Below are positions 49,399 through 64,000 of a stretch of DNA of 64,000 bases, in pieces. The position numbers and the translations under genes were made by a program. The notes under the pieces were generated by a model. That model searched no databases and was not told the origin of the DNA. It saw nothing but the letters and a program-made list of their open reading frames with translations. Every line of letters begins with the position of its first letter. The first letter of the stretch is position 1. The stretch comes from Eledone cirrhosa (lineage: Eukaryota): the NCBI GenBank assembly GCA_964016885.1, contig OZ024766.1, positions 13,640,001-13,704,000 on the forward strand. The letters run 5' to 3'.

Positions 49399-49685
49399 TT
49401 TCTATGCTTGTCATATTCCTGTGATGTTTTCTTATTCTATTTTATTTATTTGCAGTGGTTCCAACGTAAAAGACTTTCATAATAGTTGATCACTATAAAT
49501 AACAGTTAGGAAAACCAGATAAAGTACATGTGGAGATAGAAAGAAGTAGACGGAGGGTCCTGTAAGGAACAGGTGCAAGTTTGCTTCCTTGCAAATACTT
49601 CTGTCTACATCTACCTTTCTCCTGAGATACTTTACTACCCACATTAACCTGTCACCTGTGGTCCATTACTGTCTACCAGGAATAA

Positions 49686-49863
49686 TAATTGTTTCTACTT
49701 TAGGCACAAGGTCAGAAATTATCCCAGTGTATTACTGGTACTTTATTTTATCGACCCCGTAAGGATGAAAGGCAAAGTTAACTTCGGCGGGATTTGAACT
49801 CAGATTGTAAAGGGACATAACTATGCTGGAAAGCACGGCATCCGACTCTCTACCGATACTGCC
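49686..49863 (-). mobile_element. SINE family A
   Basis: Near-identical to 119-310. Confidence 0.8.
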
Positions 49864-49870
49864 ATAATAC

Positions 49871-50458
49871 AGTTAGACTAGTTAGAAGTAGAAATAAAAG
49901 ACTATTAAACATATGTAGTCATTAATAATATAGTTACACTAGTTAGTAGTAAAAGTACTAGAGTAATAAACCTATGTAGTCATTAATAATATAGTTAGAC
50001 TAGTTAGTAGTAAAAGTAAAAGAGTAATAAACCTATGTAGCCATTAATAATATAGTTATACTAGTTAGTAGTAAAAGTGAAAGAGTAATACACCTATGTA
50101 GCCATTAATAATATAGTTATACTAGTTAGTAGTAAACGTAAAAGAGTAATAAACCTATGTAGGGATTAATAATATAGTTATACTAATTAGTAGTAAAAGT
50201 GAAAGAGTAATAAACCTATGTAGCCATTAATAATATAGTTATACTAGTTAGTAGTAAAAGTGAAAGAGTAATACACCTATGTAGTCATTAATAATTTAGT
50301 TATACTAGTTAGTAGTAAAAGTGAAGAGTAATAAACCTATGTAGCCATTAATAAAATAGTTATACTAGTTAGTAGTAAAAGTAAAAGAGTAATAAACATA
50401 TGTAGACATTAATAATATAGTTATACTAGTTAGTAGTAAACGTAAAAGAGTATTAAAC
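49871..50458. repeat. 61-bp intronic minisatellite, about 9.5 copies
   Basis: Unit agttatactagttagtagtaaaagtgaaagagtaataaacctatgtagccattaataatat. Confidence 0.95.
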
Positions 50459-50462
50459 CAAC

Positions 50463-50600
50463 CAGTTTGACAATCAGTTCCTATATAGCCTGGTTCACAG
50501 TTGCCCTCTTCACAAACACCATTGGTTCTGTTGCAGTATTTACTTTCTTCACAATGACAAACCTTTTGACAGTTAGACCCAAAAGTATTGCTTGGACAGA
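50463..50600 (-). CDS. Internal exon of the same multiple EGF-like domain protein
   Basis: tttatttcatccAG acceptor, GTTGGT donor, 138 bp, phase 1-1. Translation xCPSNTFGSNCQKVCHCEESKYCNRTNGVCEEGNCEPGYIGTDCQT; splices in frame to 48342. Confidence 0.9.
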
Positions 50601-50844
50601 CTGGATGAAATAAAGGATCAAACAGAAATTTAGTAAATTTAACCCTTTAGCATTTACATTACTTTATATATATATATTATTGTATTTTTACAGTAAACAC
50701 TTTATCACATATTATGGAATCTACGAGATTTTGATGATGATATTATTTATTTTGAGAAGAATACCTTAATGTCAGTATTGGTGACCGGTTATTGAAAGAA
50801 GTCAATATATAACCCTTTAGCATTTACATTTCTCATAGACATTC

Positions 50845-51040
50845 AATGTAGAAGAGAACTGGGAGTTCCTAAAAAATAACTTACTAGAGGCGACGGATGA
50901 GGTCTGTGGCTGGAGTAAGACCTCAAGCAGGAGGAGAGTGACTTGGTGGTGGAACAATAAGGTATATGAGGCAGTTAAGGCCAAGAGACAGGCATGGAAA
51001 GAATGGAAGAATGGGGGGAGCAGGGTACATTACATAGAGA
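50845..51040 (+). mobile_element. RTE internal fragment
   Basis: Matches 1500-1700 (ATDEVCGWS...RRRVTWWWN). Confidence 0.75.
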
Positions 51041-51415
51041 CCAAGTACAACCTGTCTCATGGTCGGGTCGTTGGCGACTAAACTGGCAACCCCACCAAGG
51101 TTTCTTGGTGAGGAGGGTGACTTTGGACATCCTGCAGGACTAAAAACAAAACCTGTCAAAGGGCAAAGGAGCTCTTAAGAGTCAATGGCCATCCAAAATC
51201 ACCGGGAGAGATGACCCCTTAGCCTTTGTCAAGGCAGAATTCTAGGAGAAGGAAAACTCTGATATAACACCTGCAACCCTGATGGTATCCAATGATGTTG
51301 ACTTGTTCTTCTTTTTGGTAAATATCATCTTGGTTAAGAGAGTGGGACTGGCTTTGTGCAGTGCCTTTGCTCACTATAAAAGCTTCACGTCACAGGCATT
51401 GCTTTATATCTGGAG

Positions 51416-51728
51416 ATATATATATATATATATACATGTATGTATATATATACATGTATATATATATACATGTATGTATATATATATACAATAATTGTAT
51501 ATATATATATATATACATATATACACGTATATATATATATACATGTATGTATATATATATATATACATATATACACGTATATATATATATACATGTATGT
51601 ATATATATATATACATATATACATGTATGTATATATATACATGTATGTATATATATATATATACATATATACATGTATGTATATATATATATACATATAT
51701 ACATGTATATATATATATATATACATAT

Positions 51729-51769
<41 letters not shown>

Positions 51770-51775
51770 TACACG

Positions 51776-51813
<38 letters not shown>

Positions 51814-51871
51814 TACATGTATATATATATATATACATGTATATATATACGTGTATATATATATATACATG

Positions 51872-51903
<32 letters not shown>

Positions 51904-52060
51904 CATGTATATATATATATATATACATACATGTATATACATATATACATGTATATATATATATATATATACATACATGTATATATATATACATGTAGAT
52001 ATATATATACATGTATATATATACATACATGTATATATATATATACATGTATATATATAT
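51416..52060. repeat. (TA)n/TACATG microsatellite array
   Basis: Read directly from the sequence. Confidence 0.97.
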
Positions 52061-52297
52061 TTGAAAACTCGATCTGAACAACAGATTCAAAATAAATTAA
52101 AGCAAATCGAAATTGCTTTTAAATTAATCAATAAACATTTGGATAAACTACGGTGTGTTTTCTCTTCGAATGCTGTCCAGCAGCAGCAACAACAACAACA
52201 GTAGCTACAATGGCAACAACAACAACAGCTACAACAACAACATCAACAACAACAACAACGACAACAACAGTGTGAACCACTCCTTGATTCATCAACA

Positions 52298-53056
52298 ATG
52301 GCCGATCTACTAAATGAAACTATTGACCCCCCAGTAGCCTCTGTCTCACAGCATGAAACGCCACATCCTTTCTCTGGCCCAGCAGTCCAATCATCACCAC
52401 TGCCAACATCTCTGCCTACTACTACTACTACAACATTTTTGTCTACTGCTATGTCAAGGAATTTACCTTCTAATACCAGAACAAGAACTCTCCCTCCCAC
52501 AGTCCACAAAGGTCGTCAAATCCTACCCAAACCATCATCTACACCTCTCACAACACACACACCCACATACCCACCCACTCGAAACCCCATCATTTGCCGC
52601 TACTCTCTACGCTATAGAATATGTACGGATAGTGGCTGCAAATTCACCCATTTACCTAGGACAAAACGATCTATCCCCACAAACAGCCACCACCATAATA
52701 CATACTCTAATTTAACACCAACACAACCACCAATAACTCAAACAAGGAATCCACAAATCTGCGGCTTTTCCCTGCGAGACAGATTGTGTTTAGACCGGGA
52801 TTGTCCCTTTACCCATCTCCCGGGGACCCGTCGGACAAATGAAAATAAAATTAAAAATAAAAGCAAAAACAAAAACCATAACCTACATAAAAATAACCAC
52901 TACCACAGTCACCAACAGTCTTCTAAACAGGAAACTTCTTCCTCTTTTTTAGCCATAATGAATCTGGCAAAAGAACTGGAAAAAAACATTCGAGCTATCA
53001 CCCAGCACCACCCTCCACTATCACCCCACTGCACAAACTCCCATTGCTGCCATTAA
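52298..53056 (+). CDS. LINE ORF1 C-terminal part with two C-x8-C-x4-C-x3-H fingers
   Basis: CRYSLRYRICTDSGCKFTH and CGFSLRDRLCLDRDCPFTH. Overlaps the start of ORF2. Confidence 0.7.
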   Translation: MADLLNETIDPPVASVSQHETPHPFSGPAVQSSPLPTSLPTTTTTTFLSTAMSRNLPSNTRTRTLPPTVHKGRQILPKPSSTPLTTHTPTYPPTRNPIICRYSLRYRICTDSGCKFTHLPRTKRSIPTNSHHHNTYSNLTPTQPPITQTRNPQICGFSLRDRLCLDRDCPFTHLPGTRRTNENKIKNKSKNKNHNLHKNNHYHSHQQSSKQETSSSFLAIMNLAKELEKNIRAITQHHPPLSPHCTNSHCCH

Positions 53057-56000
53057 CAAACAAACAAATTAACAACACACCAAAACAATTAAAACCATCC
53101 ACTCTCGCCTCTACATTTTTGCTTAACGCCCAAGGCATCAGCCCTTCCACCAATACTCAAAAATGGAAGATCAAATTCCTGGAGGACTGGATTGATGTCC
53201 ATCCAAACTACATCCCTTTCTTCGTCCTCACTGAAACCCATCTCAGTAACCTCCACTTGGAAGCCGAGGTGAAAGTGAAAAATTTCAAAGCCATCCGTGC
53301 TGATCGCGCTGGCAGAAGAAAGGGCGGAACTGCCATTTATGTCCATAATTCTTTCTCAACAGAGGCTATGAACATATTCACTAATGGATACTGTGAAGCA
53401 GTCACTGTATTCAGTCAAACCAACAACCTATTAGTAGTTGGGCTCTATAGGCCACCCCAAACGCCTGTACCATGCTTCAAGGAATGCCTCAACAGCATAA
53501 AGTGTTTCATCCAAGAGTGTCACCCTGACAACATCTTAATGATGGGGGACTTCAACCTCCCCGGAGTTGACTGGTCCACAAACAGCCTGCCACCAGGTTC
53601 TTCTGCCTCAACCTCTGACAGGGAAGCTGTGGAATCGCTTCTTGACTTCATGGATGATTTCTTCCTATCCCAACTGGTGCTCGAACCAACGAGGTGCCAC
53701 AAAAACGTCCTAGACTTAATTTTCAGCAATCACACTGACAATATCCACAATATTGCAGTGGAGAAAACTCTACTCTCTGATCATGACATGGTTCTCTGTG
53801 ATCTGAGATTCCACCGTCCAATATACAAACCCAATGTCATCTCTCCTGTCTATCCGTTTGACGCTATGGATTTCCACAATGCAAACTGGGAAGCGATCAG
53901 TCATGATCTTGCACATGTCGACTGGTCCTTCACGCACACTCATACACCCACTAACATCAAAAAGTCCTGGCAGACATTTGTGGACACTGTTATAAACATA
54001 TGTGCTAAACACACCCCATTAAGAACTATAAACAAATCTAAGAGCAGAATCCCTAGAAATAGAAAAACGCTCATCAGAAAAATTAAGAGAACGAACAAAA
54101 AAATCAACAAGCTGAAATACTGTCAGCAGCAACACATCAACTTGACTGCCATTTCATCACTAGAGATTAAAAAACATAACCTCCAAAACAACATAATGTC
54201 CCTCATCAACAATCAGAGAAGAGCTGAAGAGGCCTGGGCCATTGAGAAGATCAAACTCAATCCCAAAGTGTTCTTTTCATTTGCAAAAAAACACAAAATC
54301 ACTGGCTCTACTGTTGGCCCTCTAATTGATGAAAATGGCACTCTTCAAGACAATGCTAAAACCATGGGTGAGATACTGCAGAAACAATACTGCTCTGTTT
54401 TCAGCAATCCTGATATGGCCGATCTGGGCTGTATCGGCGATGTTACTCCCCATTACACCTTATCGGACATAACGTTTGGCGCCCCTGATGTCTTGGCGGC
54501 AATAAAGGAAATCAAGCATAATTCAGCAGTAGGTCCCGATAGGTTCCCTGCTTGTGTCTTGAAGGCGTGTCAACACCAACTTGCATCTCCTCTTGCCAAT
54601 CTGTGGCGGAACTCACTGGATGCTGGATATGTGCCAGAAAACCTTCTATCCCAGTCTGTTGTCCCAGTTTTCAAAAAGGGAAACAAATCCCTTGCCGTGA
54701 ATTACCGTCCAATCTCACTCACCTCTCATATCATTAAGGTATTTGAGAGAGTGGTGAGATCGCGAATGACCCACTTCCTTGAGAGTAACAATATGCTGAA
54801 CTCCAACCAGCATGGATTCCGTAATGGAAGGGATTGCCTGACGCAGCTACTGCATCACTTTGATGACATTTTGAGAGCCTTGGGAGAGGGTTCCAACACT
54901 GATGTTATCTACCTTGATTTCAGCAAGGCCTTTGACAGGGTTGATCATAACATTCTACTGAGAAAGCTGTCCAATATTGGTGTCACTGGAAAGCTGCTGC
55001 AGTAGATCAAGAGCTTCCTGTCAAACAGAACCCAACATGTTGTAGTTGAGGTAGTCAAATCAAGCCCAGCCAAAGTCAGTAGTGGGGTCCCACAAGGCAC
55101 TGTGTTGGGCCCACTTCTCTTCATCATCTATATTAATGACATCACTGACATCATCAAACACAGCAACATTAAAATTTTCGCTGATGATTCCAAGCTCCAA
55201 AAGGTCATCAATGGCGTGGATGACCGGATAGGCCTTCAGTCAGACCTACTGGCTGTTACCCAATGGGCAGAAAAGAACAACATGTTACTGAACGAAGACA
55301 AATTCGAACTGATCCACTTTGGAAAAGAGGATGCTCTGAAACTCCCGTACTCCCTTCCCTCCGGGGAAACTCTCGTGGCATCTAACAACATCAGAGACTT
55401 GGGAGTAACCGTGGACAGCAACATAAGCTGGACCACGCATATAAGCAGCAAAGTTGACATGGCCCGCAGAATGTGTTCCTGGATCCTCAGAACCTTCCAG
55501 TCGAGAGATTCCCGCACCATTATCCTTCTCTTCTCTACTTTTGCCCGACCACACCTTGAATACTGTTGTCCACTGTGGTCTCCCCACACGAAACAAAGTA
55601 TCATGAAACTTGAAGCTCCTCAAAGGGCAATCACGAAAAAGATAGATGGCATGTCAGACCTTGACTACTGGGGTCGATTAGAAAACCTGAAACTTTACTC
55701 ACTCCAACGTCACCGTGAGCGTTATATTATCTGCATGATGTGGAAAATGTTCCATCATCACTGCCCAAATGATGTTGGCATCGCCTTCAAGATACACCCA
55801 AGGCTTGGGCCCCGTGCTATCCATCCCATTCAAAAATCTAAATCGCAACTCATAACAACAATACGGCACAATTATTTCACCTCAATCGGCCCTGCTCTCT
55901 TCAACATCACACCAGGACACGTCAAAACAGAAACTGACCACACAAAATTCAAGAAGTCTTTGGACAAATTCCTCCAAGTAATCCCGGACAAACCACCCAC

Positions 56001-56064
56001 ACCCGGATATGTCTCCGCAAACAGTAATTCTCTTCTCGAATGGGCCATGGTGCCCAAATCCTGA
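53044..56064 (+). pseudogene. LINE ORF2 (APE endonuclease + RT)
   Basis: LTETHL, YRPP, MGDFN, SDH, YRPISLTS, LDFSKAFD, GVPQG, FADD and YCCPLWSP. TAG at 55003 sits where Trp is expected, and the frame continues after it. Confidence 0.93.
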
Positions 56065-56360
56065 ATTGAAAGACTTCGCCAGGTAGTGCTATTAAGTTAG
56101 ACATGGCCTGGGCCAATACTGGCCAAAACATTTCAAAGTTATTCAAAGTTATATATATATATGTATATATATACATACATGTATATATATATATATACAT
56201 ATACATACATGTATATATATATATATATACATACATGTATATATATATATATATACATATACATACATGTATATATATATATATATACATACATGTATAT
56301 ATATATATATATACATGTATATATATATATATACATGTATATATATATATGTATATATAT

Positions 56361-56405
<45 letters not shown>

Positions 56406-56483
56406 CATGTATATATATATATATATACATACATGTATATATATATATATATATACATGTATATATATATATATATATACATG

Positions 56484-56521
<38 letters not shown>

Positions 56522-56666
56522 TATACATGTATATATATATATATATATACATGTATATATATATATATATACATGTATATATATATATACACATGTATAT
56601 ATATATATACATGTATATATATATATATACGTATATATATATATATATATATACATGTATATTATA

Positions 56667-57782
<1,116 letters not shown>

Positions 57783-57884
57783 TATACATGTATATATATA
57801 TATGTATATATATAATCAAGGTTTAGCAAATAATGAAAACGTTTCAAAATAAATTTAAAAAAATTAACTTTACTTACTATAGTT

Positions 57885-57968
57885 ACCTTTACCGAATCGG
57901 TTTCGAATCTCAAAAATAAACGGAGACCATACAGCCTTCGTTGCAAAGAAAGATTCTCGTCAGAAGGT
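57885..57968 (-). ncRNA. Type I hammerhead ribozyme with a long stem II loop
   Basis: acctt CTGACGA gaatct[~40 nt]agattc GAAA ccg att cgg TA aaggt. Core is intact and all three stems pair. Confidence 0.78.
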
Positions 57969-58018
57969 TCTTTATACATGTATATATACATACATGTATA
58001 TATATATATATATATATG

Positions 58019-58638
58019 TCTCTACTTTTGCCCGACCACACCTTGAATACTGTTGTCCACTGTGGTCTCCCCAAACGAAACAAAGTATCATGAAACTTGA
58101 AGCTCTCCAAAGGGCAATCACGAAAAAGATAGATGGCATGTCAGACCTTGACTACTGGGGTCGACTAGAAAAGCTGAAACTTTACTCACTCCAACGTCGC
58201 CGTGAGCGTTATATTATCTGCATGATCTGGAAAATGTTTCATCAGCACTGCCCAAATGATGTTGGCATCACCTTCAAAATACACCCAAGGCTTGGGCCCC
58301 GTGCTATCCGTCCCAAACAAAAATCTAAATCGCAACTCATAACAACAATACGGCACAATTATTTCACCTCAATCGGCCCTGCTCTCTTCAACATCACACC
58401 AGGACACGTCAAAACAGAAACTGACCACACAAAATTCAAGAAGTCTTTGGACAAATTCCTCCAAGTAATCCTGGACAAACCACCCACACCCGGATATGTC
58501 TCCGCAAACAGTAATTCTCTTCTCGAATGGGCCATGGTGCCCAAATCCTGAATTGAAAGACTTCGCCAGGTGGTGCTATTAAGTTAGACATGGCCTGGGC
58601 CAATACTGGCCAAAACATTTCAAAGTTATTCAAAGTTA
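58019..58638 (+). mobile_element. 5'-truncated second copy of the CR1-group LINE 3' end
   Basis: Near-identical to about 55532-56151. Confidence 0.92.
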
Positions 58639-59821
<1,183 letters not shown>

Positions 59822-60030
59822 ATGGTGGCTGCCAACTCGTTTTCGAGTACGGCCACTACTTTATATCCATGTAGGAGAACCCCTACCGATGCGCTGAACG
59901 AGTGTGACTTTTTAGTCCAGCCAGCGACTTGAAAACTCTGGTACAAACCCTACACTTGTGACAATTATTGACACATAGTGCTGGGCCCATGGTACCATGT
60001 GAGGACAAGTGCAGAGAGATCTCCAGATCA
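59822..60030 (-). mobile_element. 3' tip of a LINE ending in a C2H2 finger (RTE/BovB-like)
   Basis: [24 protein letters not shown], then a short UTR, embedded in TA repeats. Confidence 0.6.
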
Positions 60031-60172
60031 TATATACATATATATATATACATATATATATATACATGTATATATATATACATATATATATATATACATG
60101 TATATATATATACATGTATATATATATATATATATACATGTATATATATATACATATATATATATATACATG

Positions 60173-60210
<38 letters not shown>

Positions 60211-60249
60211 TACATATATATATACATGTATATATATATATATATATAT

Positions 60250-60575
60250 GGAGGCACATGGCTTAGTGGTTTGAGCATTGGCCTTGCAATCGAAAGGTTG
60301 TGAGTTCAATTCTCAGACCGGATGATGTGTTGTTTCCTTGAGCAAGACACTTTATTTCACATTGCTCCAGTTTACTCAGCTGTAGAAATGAGATGATAGG
60401 GACTGGAGTCCCTATCATTCCACTGCAAAGTGGTCGTGGAGGTGCCACGGCAAAAAAGCACCCAGCACTCACTGTAAATGAGGTTGGTGTTAGGAAGGGC
60501 ATCCAGCTGTAGAAATCAAGCCAGAATCAGTTCCCGTCCCACCCTTGCAAGCAGGGTAAAAGCGGACGTAAAATG
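60250..60575 (+). mobile_element. Full-length SINE family B with RTE-derived tail
   Basis: A box TGGCTTAGTGG, B box GAGTTCAATTC, a central hairpin, and a tail matching 48767-48810. Confidence 0.88.
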
Positions 60576-60629
60576 AATACATATACATGTATATATATAT
60601 ACATGTATATATATATATACGTGTATATG

Positions 60630-60664
<35 letters not shown>

Positions 60665-61099
60665 GTATATATATATATCTATATATATATATACATGTAT
60701 GTATATATACATGTATATATATATCTATATATATATATACATGTATGTATATATACATGTGTATATATATATATATATACATGTATGTATATACGCATGT
60801 ATAAATGTCTTGTTACGGGGGACTAAACCCAGAATTTGTCTACTATTATTGATGGTCGCTTGTTCAGTTTTCTTCTACGAAATGTAACGTACATATTTCA
60901 TTTTCTTCTCAACTCTCCACATTCGGTTCATTCATCTATATATCTTACAATCCCCCAGAATCAAAATAATCGTATTCAAAATTGGCTTTCTATAATTCTG
61001 TTCTGTCTCACCGTTGTTCTAAAAATAATTCTGCTCCTCGCAAACTACCCCTCCCGCCCCCACTCTCCACCTTATTATTTGGACCAATCACAAGTAAAC

Positions 61100-64000
61100 G
61101 ACCTATGCTAGCACCTCTGGTTGCTTTTTCGATATGATGGATGAACTAGGGAATTTCTGGAGAGTCAGAAGAATCTGGACACCCGAAGACAATGCAAAAG
61201 ATAACGACAAATTCACCTCATGCTGCCAGACGAAAGGGCAAAGCCCCCTCCTCTTTGTTGCGGCCGCGGATGGCCAACATAACCCCAACCCCATCAACCT
61301 CACCCCTCCCTGCACCCCACCCACCAAACGCAATCCAAAACTTCACAGTTGGTACCATGAATGTAGGGACCTTAAAAGGCCGCTCAAACGAGGTTGTAGA
61401 AATGCTTAAACGTAAGGAGGTTGATGTTTGCTGCATCCAAGAGACCAGGTGGAGGGGCGGGTCTGCTAGATTCATTGTGGGTAAAAAACGATGCTATAAG
61501 TTTTTCTGGGTGGGAAATAACAATGGGCTGGGTGGGGTAGGATTCATGTTAGCAGAAAAATGGGTGGATAAGATAATAGAGGTAAATAGAGTAAACGACA
61601 GAATAATTAAAATAAGACTTGTTCTAAATAGAACTACTGTGACGATAATATCTGCGTACGCGCTTCAATCCGGACTGCCTGGCGCTATAAAAGACACTTT
61701 CTATGAGACACTGATGCTCGCTACCTCCCAAATAACTGACAGTGACTATATAATTATTGCTGGCGACCTAAATGGTCACATTGGACAACATTGTGACGGC
61801 TATGATGAAATCCATGGAGGCTATGGGTTTGGTACTAGAAATGAGGAAGGCTCCAGAATCCTGGAATTCTGTGACGCAAATAACCTAACAATCTGTAACA
61901 CTAACTTAAAAAAACGAGACAATCACTTGATCACCTACAGATCAGGGGAACATACCAGCCAGGTAGATTATATCCTTACCACAAGACGTGACAGAGTGAC
62001 TGTTGTAAACACTAAATCCCTCCCCCATGAAGAATGCACCTCCCAACATAGACTGATAATTAGCGACCTCATAGTCAGGACGAGACGTACTCGACAGCAG
62101 AAGAGGACTATCCTCAGGAGAAAAATATGGAAGCTAAAGGACCCCACAGCCAGAAATAAATTTCAAAGCATATTACTTGATGCTTTCGACAGTAAGGAAG
62201 AGCATTTAGAGTCGTACAATATAGAGGAACAGTGGGAATTCCTGAAAGCAAACCTGCTGATGGCGGCAGACGAAGTCTGTGGCCGGAGCAGGCCTATAGG
62301 CAGGAGAAGAGTAACATGGTGGTGGGACAGTAAGGTGGAGGAGTCGATTAAGGCCAAAAAGCAGGCTTGGAAAGTATGGCGGGATGGGGGAAGTAGAGAA
62401 GACTATCAAGTGGCCAGGAGGGAAGCTAGGAGACAAGTGTACTTCGCAAGAAGGGAAGCAGAGGAAAGAAAGTTCAACCATGTTCTACAACGCGAGGACC
62501 AAAAACGTGAGGTGTTCAGGATTGCTAGACAATGTGTCAAGGAAAACCGTGATATTGTTGGGGAGAAGTGTGTACTTAATGTTGATGGTGTACTTGCCAT
62601 CACTGACGCTGATAAGAAGGTCGCTTGGAAGTGTCACTACGAGAGGCTACTAAATGAGGAGAATAAATGGGAGAAGGATAGTCTCCCCCAGATCGATCCA
62701 ATAGAGGGACCAGCAGTGTTAGTTGAAGGTAGTATAATAAGTAAGGCAATCAAAGATATGAAGACACGTAAGGCGGCTGGGCCTTCGGAAATAGTTGCTG
62801 AGATGCTGAAGGCCTCTGGAATGGTGGGACACACCATGGTCACCCAGATAGTAAACCAAGTCATACAGAATGGGGTTGTTCCGAAGGACTGGCGTAGCAG
62901 CATCATCATTAACTGTTACAAGGGTAAAGGAGACGCCCTAGATAGGAGTAACTATAGAGGCATTAAATTAATCGACCAGGTCATGAAGGTCACGGAAAAA
63001 GTAATAGTGCAACTAATCAGAGAGAGAATCGATCTAGATGAAATGCAATTCGGGTTTGTGTCAGGCAAAAGTACCACAGACGCTTTTTTCATTGTACGAC
63101 AACTACAGGAGAAGTACCTAGCTAAAAGTAAACCCCTATACTTAGCCTTTGTCGACTTGGAGAAAGACTTCGACAGAGTCCCCCGTTCCATTATCTGGTG
63201 GGCTCTTAGAAAACTAGGTGTTGATGAATGGCTTGTGAGAGCTCTACCAGCCATGTATAAAGAAAAAGTCAGCAAGGTTAGAATTAACAACGAATATAGT
63301 AAAGAGTTTAGCATAAAAGTGGGTGTTCATCAGGGCTCCGTTCTTAGTCCCCTACTATTTATTATTGCCCTTCAGGCTATAACAGTGGAGTTCAAGACCG
63401 GCTGCCCATGGGAACTCCTATACGCAGATGATCTAACGCTCATAGCTGAATCAATGGCCGAGCTAGAGAAAAAATTCCAAACATGGAAGCACGGCCTAGA
63501 ATCAAAAGGCCTTAAAATTAACCTAGCTAAGACTAAAGTTCTAGTTTGTAGGAAAGAAAATAAGGCGCCGGTCCCTTCCGGGAAATGGCCATGCTCAGTG
63601 TGTAGGAAAGGCGTAGGTAGAAACTCCCTTTTATGTCCCAAATGCAAAGTATGGGTGCATAAAAGATGTAGTGGGATCACAGGTAAGCTAACTAAGAACA
63701 CAGATTTTACATGTGGCCGGTGCTCTGGTGCAATAAGTAGCAGCAAGTGCCCACAAAATACTAGCTCTTTCAATTGCGCAGAGAGTTCTATAGAAATAGT
63801 GGACAGCTTCCGTTACCTGGGTGACAAAATCAGCAGTGGGGGAGGGTGCTCTGAAAGTACAGTAGCTAGAGTCAGAACTAGAGAGGAACGAAGCTTGCAT
63901 GCTGCACTGGATGTGTAATAGTAATATACGTGAACAGCAAAGCATAAACGAACTAAGGAAAAAATTAGAAATAAGAGGGATCAGATGTTGTTTACTCGAG
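61100..64000 (+). mobile_element. RTE LINE (PHD-type), young, runs off the window end
   Basis: 908-aa open ORF 61192-63918 (endonuclease + RT + PHD), very similar to 37714-40734. A deletion at about 63878 shifts the frame. Confidence 0.95.

Larger units (their letters stand above)
52061..56151 (+). mobile_element. CR1-group LINE: partial ORF1 + ORF2 with one nonsense codon
   Basis: ORF1 remnant with polyQ and two CCCH motifs. ORF2 spans 53044-56064. Tail is (TTCAAAGTTA)x2. Confidence 0.92.

Overview
AT-rich animal genomic DNA made almost entirely of repeats. The (TA)n/(TACA)n arrays, KPYHCDIC-type C2H2 fingers and SINE/RTE families point to an octopus or related cephalopod (inference). Host coding sequence is limited to two 138-bp phase-1 exons on the minus strand, each encoding one 8-Cys EGF-like module, and a decayed C2H2 zinc-finger gene. 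Mobile elements present: three near-full-length RTE LINEs with a PHD-type finger inside the RT, a second GC-rich RTE family, a near-intact CR1-group LINE with a duplicated 3' end, an internally deleted Gypsy element, a Penelope-like element with an inverted pseudo-LTR, a RepHel Helitron joined head-to-tail to a short derivative, and many SINEs, MITEs and minisatellites. There is also a 5S rRNA fragment. The main signal not shown by the ORF track is a set of eight type I hammerhead ribozyme folds, about five sequence families, found by manual base-pairing. They include a ~442-bp tandem repeat carrying a minimal hammerhead plus an octamer motif (a retrozyme/satellite-2-like unit) and a pair of hammerheads 1.13 kb apart with compensatory stem changes. 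All folds and boundaries were read by eye; no database search was run.
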